NCBI GenBank assembly: GCA_950097015.1
Contig: CATNEN010000039.1
Coordinates: 4,960,001-5,024,000, forward strand
Direction of reading: 5' to 3'
DNA from: Macrostomum hystrix
Taxonomy: Eukaryota > Animalia > Platyhelminthes
Length of the DNA: 64,000 nucleotides
Every line of letters begins with the position of its first letter. Within the stretch, counting starts at the first letter, position 1. Shown here one piece after another: positions 23,968 through 35,814 of this stretch. Below the pieces are notes generated by a model. The model was not told the DNA's origin. It did no database searches and saw only the letters and a program-made list of their open reading frames with translations. Made by a program: the position numbers and the translations under genes.

Positions 23968-26900
23968 TCAGACAATGCTATCCGACATTTTACTAGACCG
24001 CCTATTGTTAAAGCCAATTAGCGACAGCGCCGCCCGACTGACATTGAAATGATGCCGATGGAGCAGCTTGGACAGCTCCGAAATCCAGAACACAGTGGAG
24101 CACAGACAGACCAGGAAAATCAGGTCTGAAATTATTACCATTTTTAAATAATTTAAATATAGAACATAATTTTGCTACATACTACTTCAAGTGAAAGTAC
24201 TGCAGTGCGGATAATTTCGGAAAAATCTAGAATAAGCTTTGTTTAACAAACTTTACTGCATCTTCACGCCACGTGCCTCGAATAGTGACCAAATGAGTTG
24301 ATTGCATAATCTGATACTGAGAATGTGTGAAGGTAACCAACGAACTAGCAGCGGCTCTAAATTATTATATTCAAGGTGCAACTATCAATAATTATTTATC
24401 GAATCAGAGCTCCGAAAAGGCAACATTACGCAATCAGACAGATGGCCGCGTATACAAACGGAATGCAGCGTGCTATAGTTTTAGATTTTTTAACCTAATT
24501 AGCAGTACAAGTGATTGCAACTGTGGGCTCACCTAGTCAGAAAATAATTAAAACTTAACTTACTAACTAATCTATAATAGGAAGTTGGTGGCAGAGCGGT
24601 TAACGCGTTTGCCTCTCGCACCACGGTCTCAAAGTTCGATTCCACGGCGAGGCCACATTTATTTGGGGCGCAGCCGCGGAGAGAAGGCTTGGGGGCTTGT
24701 CGTGCAATTTACGCCCTTGAGGGCGAACCTCCAAGGCACAGTGAAGTGTACACTGCCTGACAATGAGAAAGTCAGGGCAGATGTACACACCTGTGTGAGC
24801 GTGTGCCTGCGTACAGTATCTGTGTGCGTGTGTGCTCAGGAGTCAGCGAAATGGGCAGAATTGCCTCCTCGCTGGCTGCGGGTCTAGTGTCACCAAATGA
24901 TGCGCCATTGCCCGCAGCCCTCCTGCAATTATTATTATTATTATTATAGTGGACTGGAGAGAAATTATAGTGGAGAGAAAAGTGATAGATTCAGAGAGAA
25001 AAGTGACGAGATTCAGAGAGAAAAGTGACGAGATTCATAGAGAAAACTGACGATATTCAGAGAGAAAAGTGATGAGATTCGGAGAGAAAAGTCATGAGAT
25101 TCAGAGAGAAAAGTGACGAGATTCAGAGAGAAAAGTGACGAGATTCATAGAGAAAACTGACGATATTCAGAGAGAAAAGTGATGAGATTCGGAGAGAAAA
25201 GTCATGAGATTCAGAGAGAAAAGTGATGAGATTCAGAAAGAGAAAAGTGATGAGATTCAGAGAGAAAGGTGGCGAGATTTAGAGAGAAAAGTGACGAGAT
25301 TCAGAGAGAAAGGTGACGAGATTCAGAGAGAAAAGTGATGAGATTCGGAGAGAAAAGTGACGACATTCAGAGAGAAAAGTGACGAGATTCAGAGAGAAAA
25401 GTGATGAGATTCAGAGAGAAAAGTGACGAGATTTAGAGAGAAAAGTGACGAGATTCAGAGAGAAAGGTGATGAGATTCGGAGAGAAAAGTCATGAGATTC
25501 AGAGAAAACTGACGACATTCAGAGAGAAAAGTGACGAGATTCAGAGAGAAAGGTGGCGAGATTTAGAGAGAAAAGTGACGAGATTCAGAGAGAAAGGTGA
25601 CGAGATTCAGAGAGAAAAGTGATGAGATTCGGAGAGAAAAGTGACGACATTCAGAGAGAAAAGTGACGAGATTCAGAGAGAAAAGTGATGAGATTCAGAG
25701 AGAAAGGTGATGAGATTCGGAGAGAAAAGTGATGAGATTCAGAGAAAACTGACGACATTCAGAGAGAAAAGTGACGAGATTCAGAGAGAAAGGTGGCGAG
25801 ATTTAGAGAGAAAAGTGACGAGATTCAGAGAGAAAAGTGACGAGATTCAGAGAGAAAAGTGATGAGATTCGGAGAGAAAAGTGACGACATTCAGAGAGAA
25901 AAGTGACGAGATTCAGAGAGAAAAGTGATGAGATTCAGAGAGAAAAGTGACGAGATTCAGAGAGAAAGGTGATGAGATTCGGAGAGAAAAGTGATGAGAT
26001 TCAGAGAAAAGTGACGACATTCAGAGAGAAAAGTGACGAGATTCAGAGAGAAAAGTGATGAGATTCAGAGAGAAAAGTGACGAGATTTAGAGAGAAACAG
26101 AGATTTAGAGAGAAAAACGATGAGATTCGGAGAGAAAAAGTGAGAGTTAGAGAGAATAACAATGCGATTCTGAGTGGAAAAGAGTGAGATTTGGAGTATT
26201 TTATGCGAAATAAAATAGGAATGCTTTCAGCTGAAATATATTTGGCTTTAAAAAGATGGCTCTAAAGAAGCACACAGCAGTGTCAGTCATGGAATAGCAA
26301 TAACGGCCCCGCAGTTAACTCACCCGTAGCGTAGAGAGCCTCGGTCTGGAAGATGGCCTGAAACGGTGGCACATAGATGACCAGCAGCTGACCAATCAAA
26401 GACAGGCCAACAGCCACGCAGAAGGTACGATTGGAGAATATGCCGATGGTGAAGATCGACTTGGACTTTGATCGGCACGACAGGGCGTTGAACATGTCGA
26501 ATAGGACAAAGCAAGTGAAGGTCATCGTCGTATCGCGCGGAGTGACCTGAAGTTTTGCGAGGAATTCAAGGAAATTGAATGAATTATACCATGGATCGAG
26601 GAACTGGGATAGGATTTAAAAAACTAATCAGGGAACTCGAATAAGATTATAAAATTGATTTAAAAAGGGGTAGGATTACGAAATGGATTAAGAAACTGGG
26701 ATATGATTAACCCTAGGATTAAGGAACTGGGATAGGATTAACCCATGGATTAAAGAACTGGGATTGTGTAAACCCATGGATCAAGGAACTGGGATTGGAT
26801 TAACCCATGGGTTAAAGAACTGGGATTGGGTAAACCCATGGATCAAGGAACTGGGATTGTGTAAACCCATGGATCAAGGAACTGGGATTGGATTAACCCA

Positions 26901-29900
26901 TGGGTTAAAGAACTGGGATTGGGTAAACCCATGGATCAAGGAACTGGGATTGGATTAACCCATGGATTAAAGAACTGGGATTGGGTAAACCCATGGATCA
27001 AGGAACTGGGATTGGATTAACCCATGGATTAAAGAACTGGGATTGTGTAAACCCATGGATCAAGGAACTGGGATTGGATTAACCCATGGGTTAAAGAACT
27101 GGGATTGGGTAAACCCATGGATCAAGGAACTGGGATTGGATTAACCCATGGATTAAAGAACTGGGATTGGGTAAACCCATGGATCAAGGAACTGGGATTG
27201 GATTAACCCATGGATTAAAGAACTGGGATTGGGTAAACCCATGGATCAAGGAACTGGGATTGGATTAACCCATGGGTTAAAGAAACTGGAATTGGATTAA
27301 CCCATGGATTAAGGAACTGGGATTGGGTAAACCCATGGATCAAGGAACTGGGATTGGATTAACCCATGGGTTAAAGAAACTGGAATTGGATTAACCCATG
27401 GATTAAGAAACTGGGATTTGATTAACCCATGGATTAAAGAACTGGAATATAACAACAATATTATATTCCTGGCATGGGATTATACTATACATGATTATTC
27501 AAAGGTTATTGCATTAGCGGATTTCATAGGAAAAAGTATTTTAAACCCACCTTATTGTCGCTCATCTCTCGATGGAACACAAACAGAGTTCCTGCCACAA
27601 TGACTGCAGCAGAGCGCAGCACACCAACAAGTAGTTCAACTGGCAGCACGGAGTCCGAGGGTCGTCTCGGCGGTTTTCGGCGCAGGTCAGGATCCAGCGG
27701 TTCCACGCCGAGCGATTGTGCCGGTGGACCGTCCATTAAGATGTTAATCCACAGGATCTGCATGGCATTCAAAGGGCTGGGCAGGTTGAACAACGTTGCC
27801 ATGGTAACCAAGGTAAGCGCCGCAATGCTAGTTGACAATTGGAAGCGGATAAAGCAGCGAATATTGTGAAAGATGGCTTTGCCCTCCTCCACAGCCGCCA
27901 AGATGGTCTGAAAGTGATCATCGATGAGGATCATGTCCGCTGCCTCCTTCGACACCTCCGTGCCCATCAGGCCCATGGCGATGCCTATGTCAGCGGCCTT
28001 CAGCGCTACAGCGTCGTTGACACCGTCGCCTGTCATGGCCACCACTTTGCCGATGCCCTGTTGGGTTTAGGATGGGCTGGCTAGTTAGGTGTTTATTACC
28101 CTGCATTCAGTCATGAGAACAGGCATGGGATCTATATCATCTGCATCCTTCAGTACATAACCCTCTGTATCCAGTCACGGGATCAGTCATAACCCTCTCT
28201 ATACAAGTCATGGGATCAGTCATAACCTCTCCATACAAGTCATGGAATCAGTCATAACCTCTCCATACAAGTCATGTAATCAGTCATAACCCTCTCCATA
28301 CAAGTCATGGGATCAGTCATAACCCTCTCCATACAAGTCATGGAATCAGTCATAACCTCTCCATACAAGTCATGGGATCAGTCATAACCCTCTCCATACA
28401 AGTCATGGAATCAGTCATAACCTCTCCATACAAGTCATGTAATCAGTCATAACCCTCTCCATACAAGTCATGGGATCAGTCATAACCCTCTCCATACAAG
28501 TCATGGAATCAGTCATAACCTCGCCATACAAGTCATGGGATCAGTCATAACCTCTCCATACAAGTCATGGGATCAGTCGTAACCCTTTAAAACTGTCAAA
28601 GAATTCGAAATTTCCCAGAAATGCAGCCGCGGACAGACCTGGAAGGCGCGCACAATTTTATTCTTATGCCGCGGGCTGGTCCTGTAGAAAATGCGAGCCT
28701 CCGGGATGCGCGGATCGTCCGGCTGCATAGAATCCAATTGCTCTCCGCTGATTGGCTGGCCGGCACCGCCAGAGATGCCCAGTTGGCGCGCTATGGCGCA
28801 TGCGGTTTCCATAGCGTCTCCGGTAACCATGGTAACAAGTACGCCGGACTGTTGCAGATAGCGCACAGAGTCTTTCACACCCGGCCTAGGTGGGTCTAGC
28901 AGGCCAACGAGTCCGCAGAAGGTCAGGCTCTGCTGATCCGGCCCGAAGGCCAATCCCAGCACTCGGAGGCCACCTAAGCCCAGCTGAGCGGCCCAATCAT
29001 TGATGCGCGCCTCCTGGTCGGCATTCATGGCTTCGAGCTGGCCGCGCTCGCCCCAGTATCCAGTGCAGGTGCGAACCAAGCGATCTACGGCGCCCTTTAC
29101 AAAGTACACTGTTGACGGCTGGTCCTGGCAACGGGTGAGGAATGCGACAATGGCATGATTATGTACACATTATGCAAATGTGTTTGAAGAATCAGAGCCT
29201 GATCTACTATGTACATTCGCTAGTCCAATTAGAGCCTGATCTACTATGTACATTCGCTAGTCCAATTAGAGCCTGATCTACTATGTACATTCGCTAGTCC
29301 AATTAGAGCCTGATCTACTATGTACATTCGCTAGTCCAATTAGAGCCTGATCTACTATGTACATTCTCTAGTCCAATCAGAGACTGATCTACTATGTACA
29401 TTGTCTAGTCCAATTAGAGCCTGATCTACTATGTATATTCTCTAGTCCGTCCAATCAGAAAATGATACGCTATGTACATTATTTAGACCAATCAGAGACT
29501 GATAAAATTTTGTACAGGATCTACACAATGAGATCAATGTAAAGTTTTTATTTGCGCATGAGCAAAGCTTAGGCACAACTCGTGAAAGCGAATTCGAAAT
29601 CGAAACAAGAAAATTTCTTAAACTAAGAAACGAAGTCTATGCCCTGAAATCTATCATTGATAAAAAGCAAAAATTATAAATAATTATTGAGATGTCAAAA
29701 GCAAGAGTGGAATCAGCGTAATTCTTTTCAATAAAAACTTTCAAACTCACATGGCGTCTGGGCTAAAATTGAAAGTGGTGATAATAAAGAGCCTTTTAAC
29801 AGTTGCTTTAGTAATTTAACAGCAAATTAATTATATAATAATAATTGCAGGAGGGCTGCGAAAAGTGGCGCATCATTTGGTGACACTGGACCTGCAGCCA

Positions 29901-32900
29901 GCGAGGAGGCAATTCTGCCCATTCCGCTGACTCCTGAGCACACGCGCACACAGTTACCGTACGCAGGCACACACGCACACAGGGTGTGTACATCTGCCCT
30001 GACTTTCTCATCGTCAGGCAGTGTACACTCTCACTGTACCTTAAAAGTTAAACCTCAAAGGCGTAAATTGCACGAAAGGCCCCAAAGCCTTCTCTCCACG
30101 GCTGCACCCCCAAATGAATGTGGCCTCGCCGCGGAATCGAGCTCAGGGACCTTGGTCTTAGGAAAGACTGCGCTGCCACTTAATCATCAATATTAAGCAG
30201 CATTTAAACACCGAGACATTAAGTGAACTCACAACCGAGCTGTCACCGGGGCTGATCTTTCGTTCGCACTTCACCATCATGAGCTTGGTGTCCGAGTTGA
30301 ACGGCCACTCTTGAATGCGAGTGTAGTCCTGCTTCAGACGGTCGCCGTTTAACTAGAATTAAAGGAAGCCGACAAAGGATGCAGTACTTTAGACAGGCTG
30401 CGCATGGACTGGCATTTATGCAGACACACAGAATACACAAAGAGGGCAATCAGAAGAACTGACAGATATTCAGACACTCCGGACAGACAGACTGACACTC
30501 CGGACAGACAGACTGACACTCCGGACAGACAGACTGACACTCCGGACAGACAGACAGACACTCAGGACAGACAGACAGACACTCCGGACAGACAGACAGA
30601 CACTCAGGACAGAAAGACATACACTCAGGACAGACAGACAGACACTCCGGACAGACAGACAGACAGTCAGAACAGAAAGACAGACACTCAGGACAGAAAG
30701 AAAGACACTCAGGAGTGACGGACAGACAGACACTCCGGACAGAAAGACAGACACTCAGGAGTGACGGACAGACAGACACTCCGGACAGAAAGACAGACAC
30801 TCAGGAGTGACGGACAGACTGTAGAGACGGACCTTGGCAACTAGAGTGACCAGCGCTCCCTCGGTGGGCTGTCCATGGAGCTCGTTGCCCCTGATCTCGG
30901 CATTGTTGCAGCAGGAGGCGGCCAGGCAGAGCCAGCGGAGGGCGTTGGACGAAGCTGCGGTCAGCCGGGCTCCGGTGGCTTCGGCGACAACCTCGCCAGG
31001 CGCCGTGTAGCCGACGCCACTGACCGCGGCAGCAACGCCATCCGAGGTGACAAGCCGGGTGACGGTCATCTCATTCTGGGTCAGGGTGCCAGTTTTATCC
31101 GAGCACACAACATTGACGCAGCCGAGAGTTTCAACAACTGGCAGCTTTTTAACAATGGCATTACGCTTAGCCATGCGCATGACGCCAATAGCCAGGGTGA
31201 CCGTCACCACAATGGGCAGGCCCTCGGGTATGGCGGCAACAGCCAGGCTGACGCCAATCTGGAACATCTCCAGCATGTGGCGGCGCTGCAGCAGGCCGAT
31301 GACTATGATGCCGGCGATGATGCACAGGCTGTAGAAGCTCAGCTGCTTGCCCAACCGGTCCATGTTGCGCTGCAGCGGAGTCTTCGGCGCCTCCTCCTCC
31401 TGCATGGCGCGGAAAATGTCGCCGAAGGCGCTCTCCTCGCCAGTGCAGATGACGACACCTTTGCCAGAGCCGCACCTGCGAATTACAAATGCGAAATGCG
31501 AAATTCTCAATACTGTTCTAAATTCCTCAGTGCTCTATCTTTAATCCTTGTTAAAAAATCATTTATCCATGTCTGAAATCCTTAATCAATGTCAGGAATC
31601 CTTAATCCATGTCAGAAATCCTTAATCCATGTCAGGAATCCTTAATCCATGTCAGAAATCCTTAATCCAGGTCAGGAATCCTTAATCCATGTCAGAAATC
31701 CTTAATCCATGTCAGGAATCCCTAATACATGTCTGGAGTCCTTAATACATCTCAGAAATCCTTAATCTATGTCAGAAATCCTTAATCAATGTCTGGAATC
31801 CTTAACCCATCGCTGGAATCCTTAATCCATGTCAAAAATTTTAATCCATGTCTGGAACTCTTTATCCATGCCTGAAATCGTTATTCATTATCAGAAATCT
31901 AATGTTCTCAATCTCTATATCAAGTCCCTAGATCCCTAGACCCCAATACAGAACTTGATCCGCAATCTCTAGACGCCAGTGACCCGCGGTCGCACCTGAC
32001 CAGCGTGCCGGTAAATGCGCAGTTCTTCAATCCCACAACTGTGCCGCCGGTGCCAACGGCCGATTCGGAAAGCTGGCCGGCCAACTTCAGCACCGGGTCG
32101 TTTTCGCCGGTGAAGCTGGCTTCATCAATCCGCAAATCAGTGGACTCAAACACTCGAATGTCTGCTGGCACCCGGCAGCCGATATTCAGGTGTACAACAT
32201 CGCCTGGTACAAGGTCGCGAGCGTAGAGAAATTGAAGAACACCGGAACGAAGGCAGTAACACTTGTAGGGCACCAGCTTCTTCAGGGCGCTCAATGCCTT
32301 CTCGGATCTGGAGTAAAATCAATGCTTAGTTTGATAATGCCACTTCATTAGTGTTGTCAGTTTCCGTTAATTGAGATTTATAACTGAATGCACTTAATAA
32401 TATATAAGCTTCAGGGAATCTGATGCTCCGAATATATATAATCTGAGGATATTAATAACGTAGATGAGGATCTGAATCAGGTAGATGAGGATCTGAATCA
32501 GGTAGATGAGGATCTGAATCAGGTAGATGAGGATCTGAATCAGGTAGATGAGGATCTGAATCAGGTAGATGAGGATCTGAATCAGGTAGATGAGGATCTG
32601 AATCAGGTAGATGAGGATCTGAATCAGGTAGATGAGGATCTGAATCAGGTAGATGAGGATCTGAATCAGGTAGATGAGGATCTGAATCAGGTAGATGAGG
32701 ATCTGAATCAGGTAGATGAGGATCTGAATCAGGCAGATGAGGATCTGAATCAGGTAGATGAGGATCTGAATCAGGTAGATGAGGATCTGAATCAGGTAGA
32801 TGAGGATCTGAATCAGGTAGACGAGGATCTGAATCAGGTAGATGAGGATCTGGATCAGGTAGACAAGGATAAGAATCCTGGAATAATAATTGCGACACAT

Positions 32901-35465
32901 GCGTTGATTATAGATTGACAAAAAAGCGAACCTGTACTCCTGTATGAATGCCACGGTGACAACAATGACAATAGCCAGGGAGATGCTGATGGCATCGTCC
33001 AGTTGGCGCATTAGAACGCTGATCACAGCGGAGCAGAGGAGAAGCAGAATCATGGGATTCTTGAACTGCTCCAGATATTTTTGCCACAGCGGATCGTCGG
33101 GCGGCGATTCGATCTCGTTCGGACCGAAGCGCTTCAGTCGGGCCTCGGCGTCCGCCTGCATCAGACCGTCGCGCAGGCTGGTCCGCAGGCTGCCGGCCAC
33201 CTCGTCAATGCTGCGAGTGGCTGCCTGATGCGCCTTCAGGCTGAACACCTGAGAAAGGCGAGATTAGGCGACAGTGACATTGAGCAACAGAGGCTAATTC
33301 TGACGGGAGTCTAATATAGATTTTTTGGGATTTTTGAATTTGATATCTATTTTTTTAAGATCAGGGAAACTGATATCGATTTTTGGGATTATGAAATATA
33401 ATATAGATTTTTGGAATTTTGGAATCTAATATCGATTCTTAGGATCATGGAATCTAATATCGATTCTTGGGATTATGGAATCTGATATCGATTCTTGGGA
33501 TTATGGAATCTGATATCGATTCTTGGGATTATGGAATCTGATATCGATTCTTGGGATTATGGAATCTGATATTGATTCTTGGGATTATGGAATCTAATAT
33601 CGATTCTTGGGGTCATGGAATCTGATATAGATTCTTGGGATTATGGAATCTAATATCGATTCTTTGGATCATGGAATCTAATATCGATTCTTGGGGTCAT
33701 GGAATCTGATATAGATTCTTGGGATTATGGAATCTAATATCGATTCTTGGGGTCATGGAATCTGATATAGATTCTTGGGATTATGGAATCGGATATAGAT
33801 TCTTGGGATTATGGAATCTGATATCGATTCTTGGGATCATTGAATCTGATATAGATTCTTAGGATTATGGAATCTGATATCGATTCTTGGGATCATGGAA
33901 TCGGATATAGATTCTTGGGATTATGGAATCTAATATCGATTCTTTGGATCATGGAATCTAATATCGATTCTTGGGGTCATGGAATCTGATATAGATTCTT
34001 GGGATTATGGAATCTGATATCGATTCTTAGGATCATGGAATCTGATATAGATTCTTGGGATTATGTAATCTGATATTGATTCTGGGGGTCATGGAATCTA
34101 ATATCGATTCTTGGGATTATGGAACCTGATATCGATTTTTGGGATCATTGAATCTGATATCGATTCTTGGGATCATGGAATCTGATATCGATTTTTGGGA
34201 TCATGGAATCTAATATCGATTCTTGGGATCATGGAATCGGATATAGATTCTTGGGATTATGGAATCTGATATCGATTCTTAGGATCATGGAATCTGATAT
34301 AGATTCTTGGGATTATGTAATCTGATATCAATTCTTGGGATCATGGAATTTAATATCGATTCTTGGGATTATGGAATCTGATATTGATTCTTGGGATTAT
34401 GGAATCTAATATCGATTCTTGGGGTCATGGAATCTGATATAGATTCTTGGGATTATGGAATCTAATATCGATTCTTTGGATCATGGAATCTAATATCGAT
34501 TCTTGGGGTCATGGAATCTGATATAGATTCTTGGGATTATGGAATCTAATATCGATTCTTGGGGTCATGGAATCTGATATAGATTCTTGGGATTATGGAA
34601 TCTGATATTGATTCTGGGGGTCATGGAATCTAATATCGATTCTTGGGATTATGGAATCTGATATCGATTCTTGGGATCATTGAATCTGATATAGATTCTT
34701 AGGATTATGGAATCGGATATAGATTCTTGGGATTATGGAATCTGATATCGATTCTTGGGATCATTGAATCTGATATAGATTCTTAGGATTATGGAATCTG
34801 ATATCGATTCTTAGGATCATGGAATCTGATATCGATTCTTAGGATTATGGAATCTGATATCGATTCTTGGGGTCATGGAATCTGATATAGATTCTTGGGA
34901 TTATGGAATCTAATATCGATTCTTTGGATCATGGAATCTAATATCGATTCTTGGGGTCATGGAATCTGATATAGATTCTTGGGATTATGGAATCTAATAT
35001 CGATTCTTGGGGTCATGGAATCTGATATCGATTCTTGGGGTCATGGAATCTGATATAGATTCTTGGGATTATGGAATCTAATATCGATTCTTTGGATCAT
35101 GGAATCTGATATCGATTCTTGGGATTATGGAATCTGATATAGATATTTTAGGATTTGGAATCTTATGTCCTTGGGATCATGGAATCTGATATAGATTCCT
35201 GGGATTATGGAATCTGATATTGATTCTTGGGATCATTGAATCTGATATAGATATTTTAGGATTTGGAATCTTATGTCCTTGGGATCATGGAATCGAATCA
35301 ACAAATCTTTTCTTCGTATTCCCATACTGTCAACCCATTTCCCAAAAAAATCACCTGCATATCTAGCTGCTCGCTTTTGTCCAGGTTCAGTTCGGTATCA
35401 GACAACAGAGACAAGGACACTGCAGAGGCTGTTGCTGTGTTGGCGGAAGCGGGCGTGCTTGTCAT
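23968..35465 (-). CDS. ATP2C1: Secretory-pathway Ca2+/Mn2+ ATPase (SPCA/PMR1), about 958 aa; join(35465..35355, 33248..32932, 32307..31996, 31475..30833, 30352..30233, 29124..28639, 28057..27551, 26546..26324, 24125..23968)
   Basis: [17 protein letters not shown] phosphorylation site, [24 protein letters not shown] and SPCA-typical [18 protein letters not shown]. All GT-AG junctions keep frame; total 2877 nt. Confidence 0.95.
24586..24948 (+). mobile_element. Near full-length tRNA-derived SINE family A (ATP2C1 intron 8)
   Basis: A box TGGCAGAGCGG, B box GTTCGATTCC, body shared with four other copies in the window, (ATT)n tail. Confidence 0.88.
24972..26150. repeat. 22-bp minisatellite, ATP2C1 intron 8
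   Basis: GAGATTCAGAGAGAAAAGTGA(C/T) units. Confidence 0.95.
26690..27445. repeat. 31-bp minisatellite (62-bp dimer), ATP2C1 intron 7
   Basis: GAACTGGGATTGGATTAACCCATGGATTAAA alternating with a variant unit. Confidence 0.95.
28180..28585. repeat. 32/33-bp minisatellite, ATP2C1 intron 6
   Basis: TCAGTCATAACCCTCTCCATACAAGTCATGGGA units. Confidence 0.93.
29194..29450. repeat. 37-bp minisatellite, ATP2C1 intron 5
   Basis: AGAGCCTGATCTACTATGTACATTCGCTAGTCCAATT units. Confidence 0.93.
29833..30180 (-). mobile_element. Near full-length SINE family A, inverted relative to the 24586 copy (ATP2C1 intron 5)
   Basis: Reverse complement of 24586-24948 along its whole length, including the tail and a degenerate B box. 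Confidence 0.88.
30471..30820. repeat. 21-bp minisatellite, ATP2C1 intron 4
   Basis: GACACTCCGGACAGACAGAC(A/T) units. Confidence 0.9.
31565..31880. repeat. 20-bp minisatellite, ATP2C1 intron 3
   Basis: CTTAATCCATGTCAG(A/G)AATC units. Confidence 0.9.
32460..32870. repeat. 21-bp minisatellite, ATP2C1 intron 2
   Basis: GTAGATGAGGATCTGAATCAG, near-perfect units. Confidence 0.95.
33420..35293. repeat. 28-bp minisatellite, ATP2C1 intron 1
   Basis: GGAATCTGATATCGATTCTTGGGATTAT units. Confidence 0.95.
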
Positions 35466-35814
35466 CTGAGCACAACTGGAGTCGGACAGAGGCAATGCTG
35501 CATGCGGACTAGCTGCTGCGGCTCAGATAACAACAGGCTGAGTAAAGCTGAGAGAAATTGCTCTGCAGCGGAGAAAGGGTAAATAGTATGCTTGGAAATG
35601 CAAATAACCAGTGTCTTGTTATTTTCCCACTGCTCCCCGTTGCCCCACACTATACTAGTGCGCTTTCTAAATTTCATATCGCTGGTCAGTTAATTGTATC
35701 GCTTCTACTCACTGAACTTCTCAAATGTATCTCACTTCTGTCTCCCAAATCTCTTTTTATCTCTTCAATCTGAATTATTTTGTCTCGCCAATCTATCTCC
35801 TTCTGTCCCTGCAT

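Noticed and set aside
24586-24660. tRNA genes at 24586 and 6289, and B-box-like motifs near 56050 and 58910
   Set aside because: No convincing cloverleaf; the first two continue into SINE bodies and the others are isolated fragments
30875-31576. Antisense ORFs over GC-rich exons (also 8659-9042, 17512-17868, 63183-63956)
   Set aside because: Shadow ORFs of real coding exons with no independent motifs
32394-32931. IYLIQIL extension of ATP2C1 exon 2
   Set aside because: Read-through into the intron 2 21-bp array; splicing restores the conserved QEYRSEK
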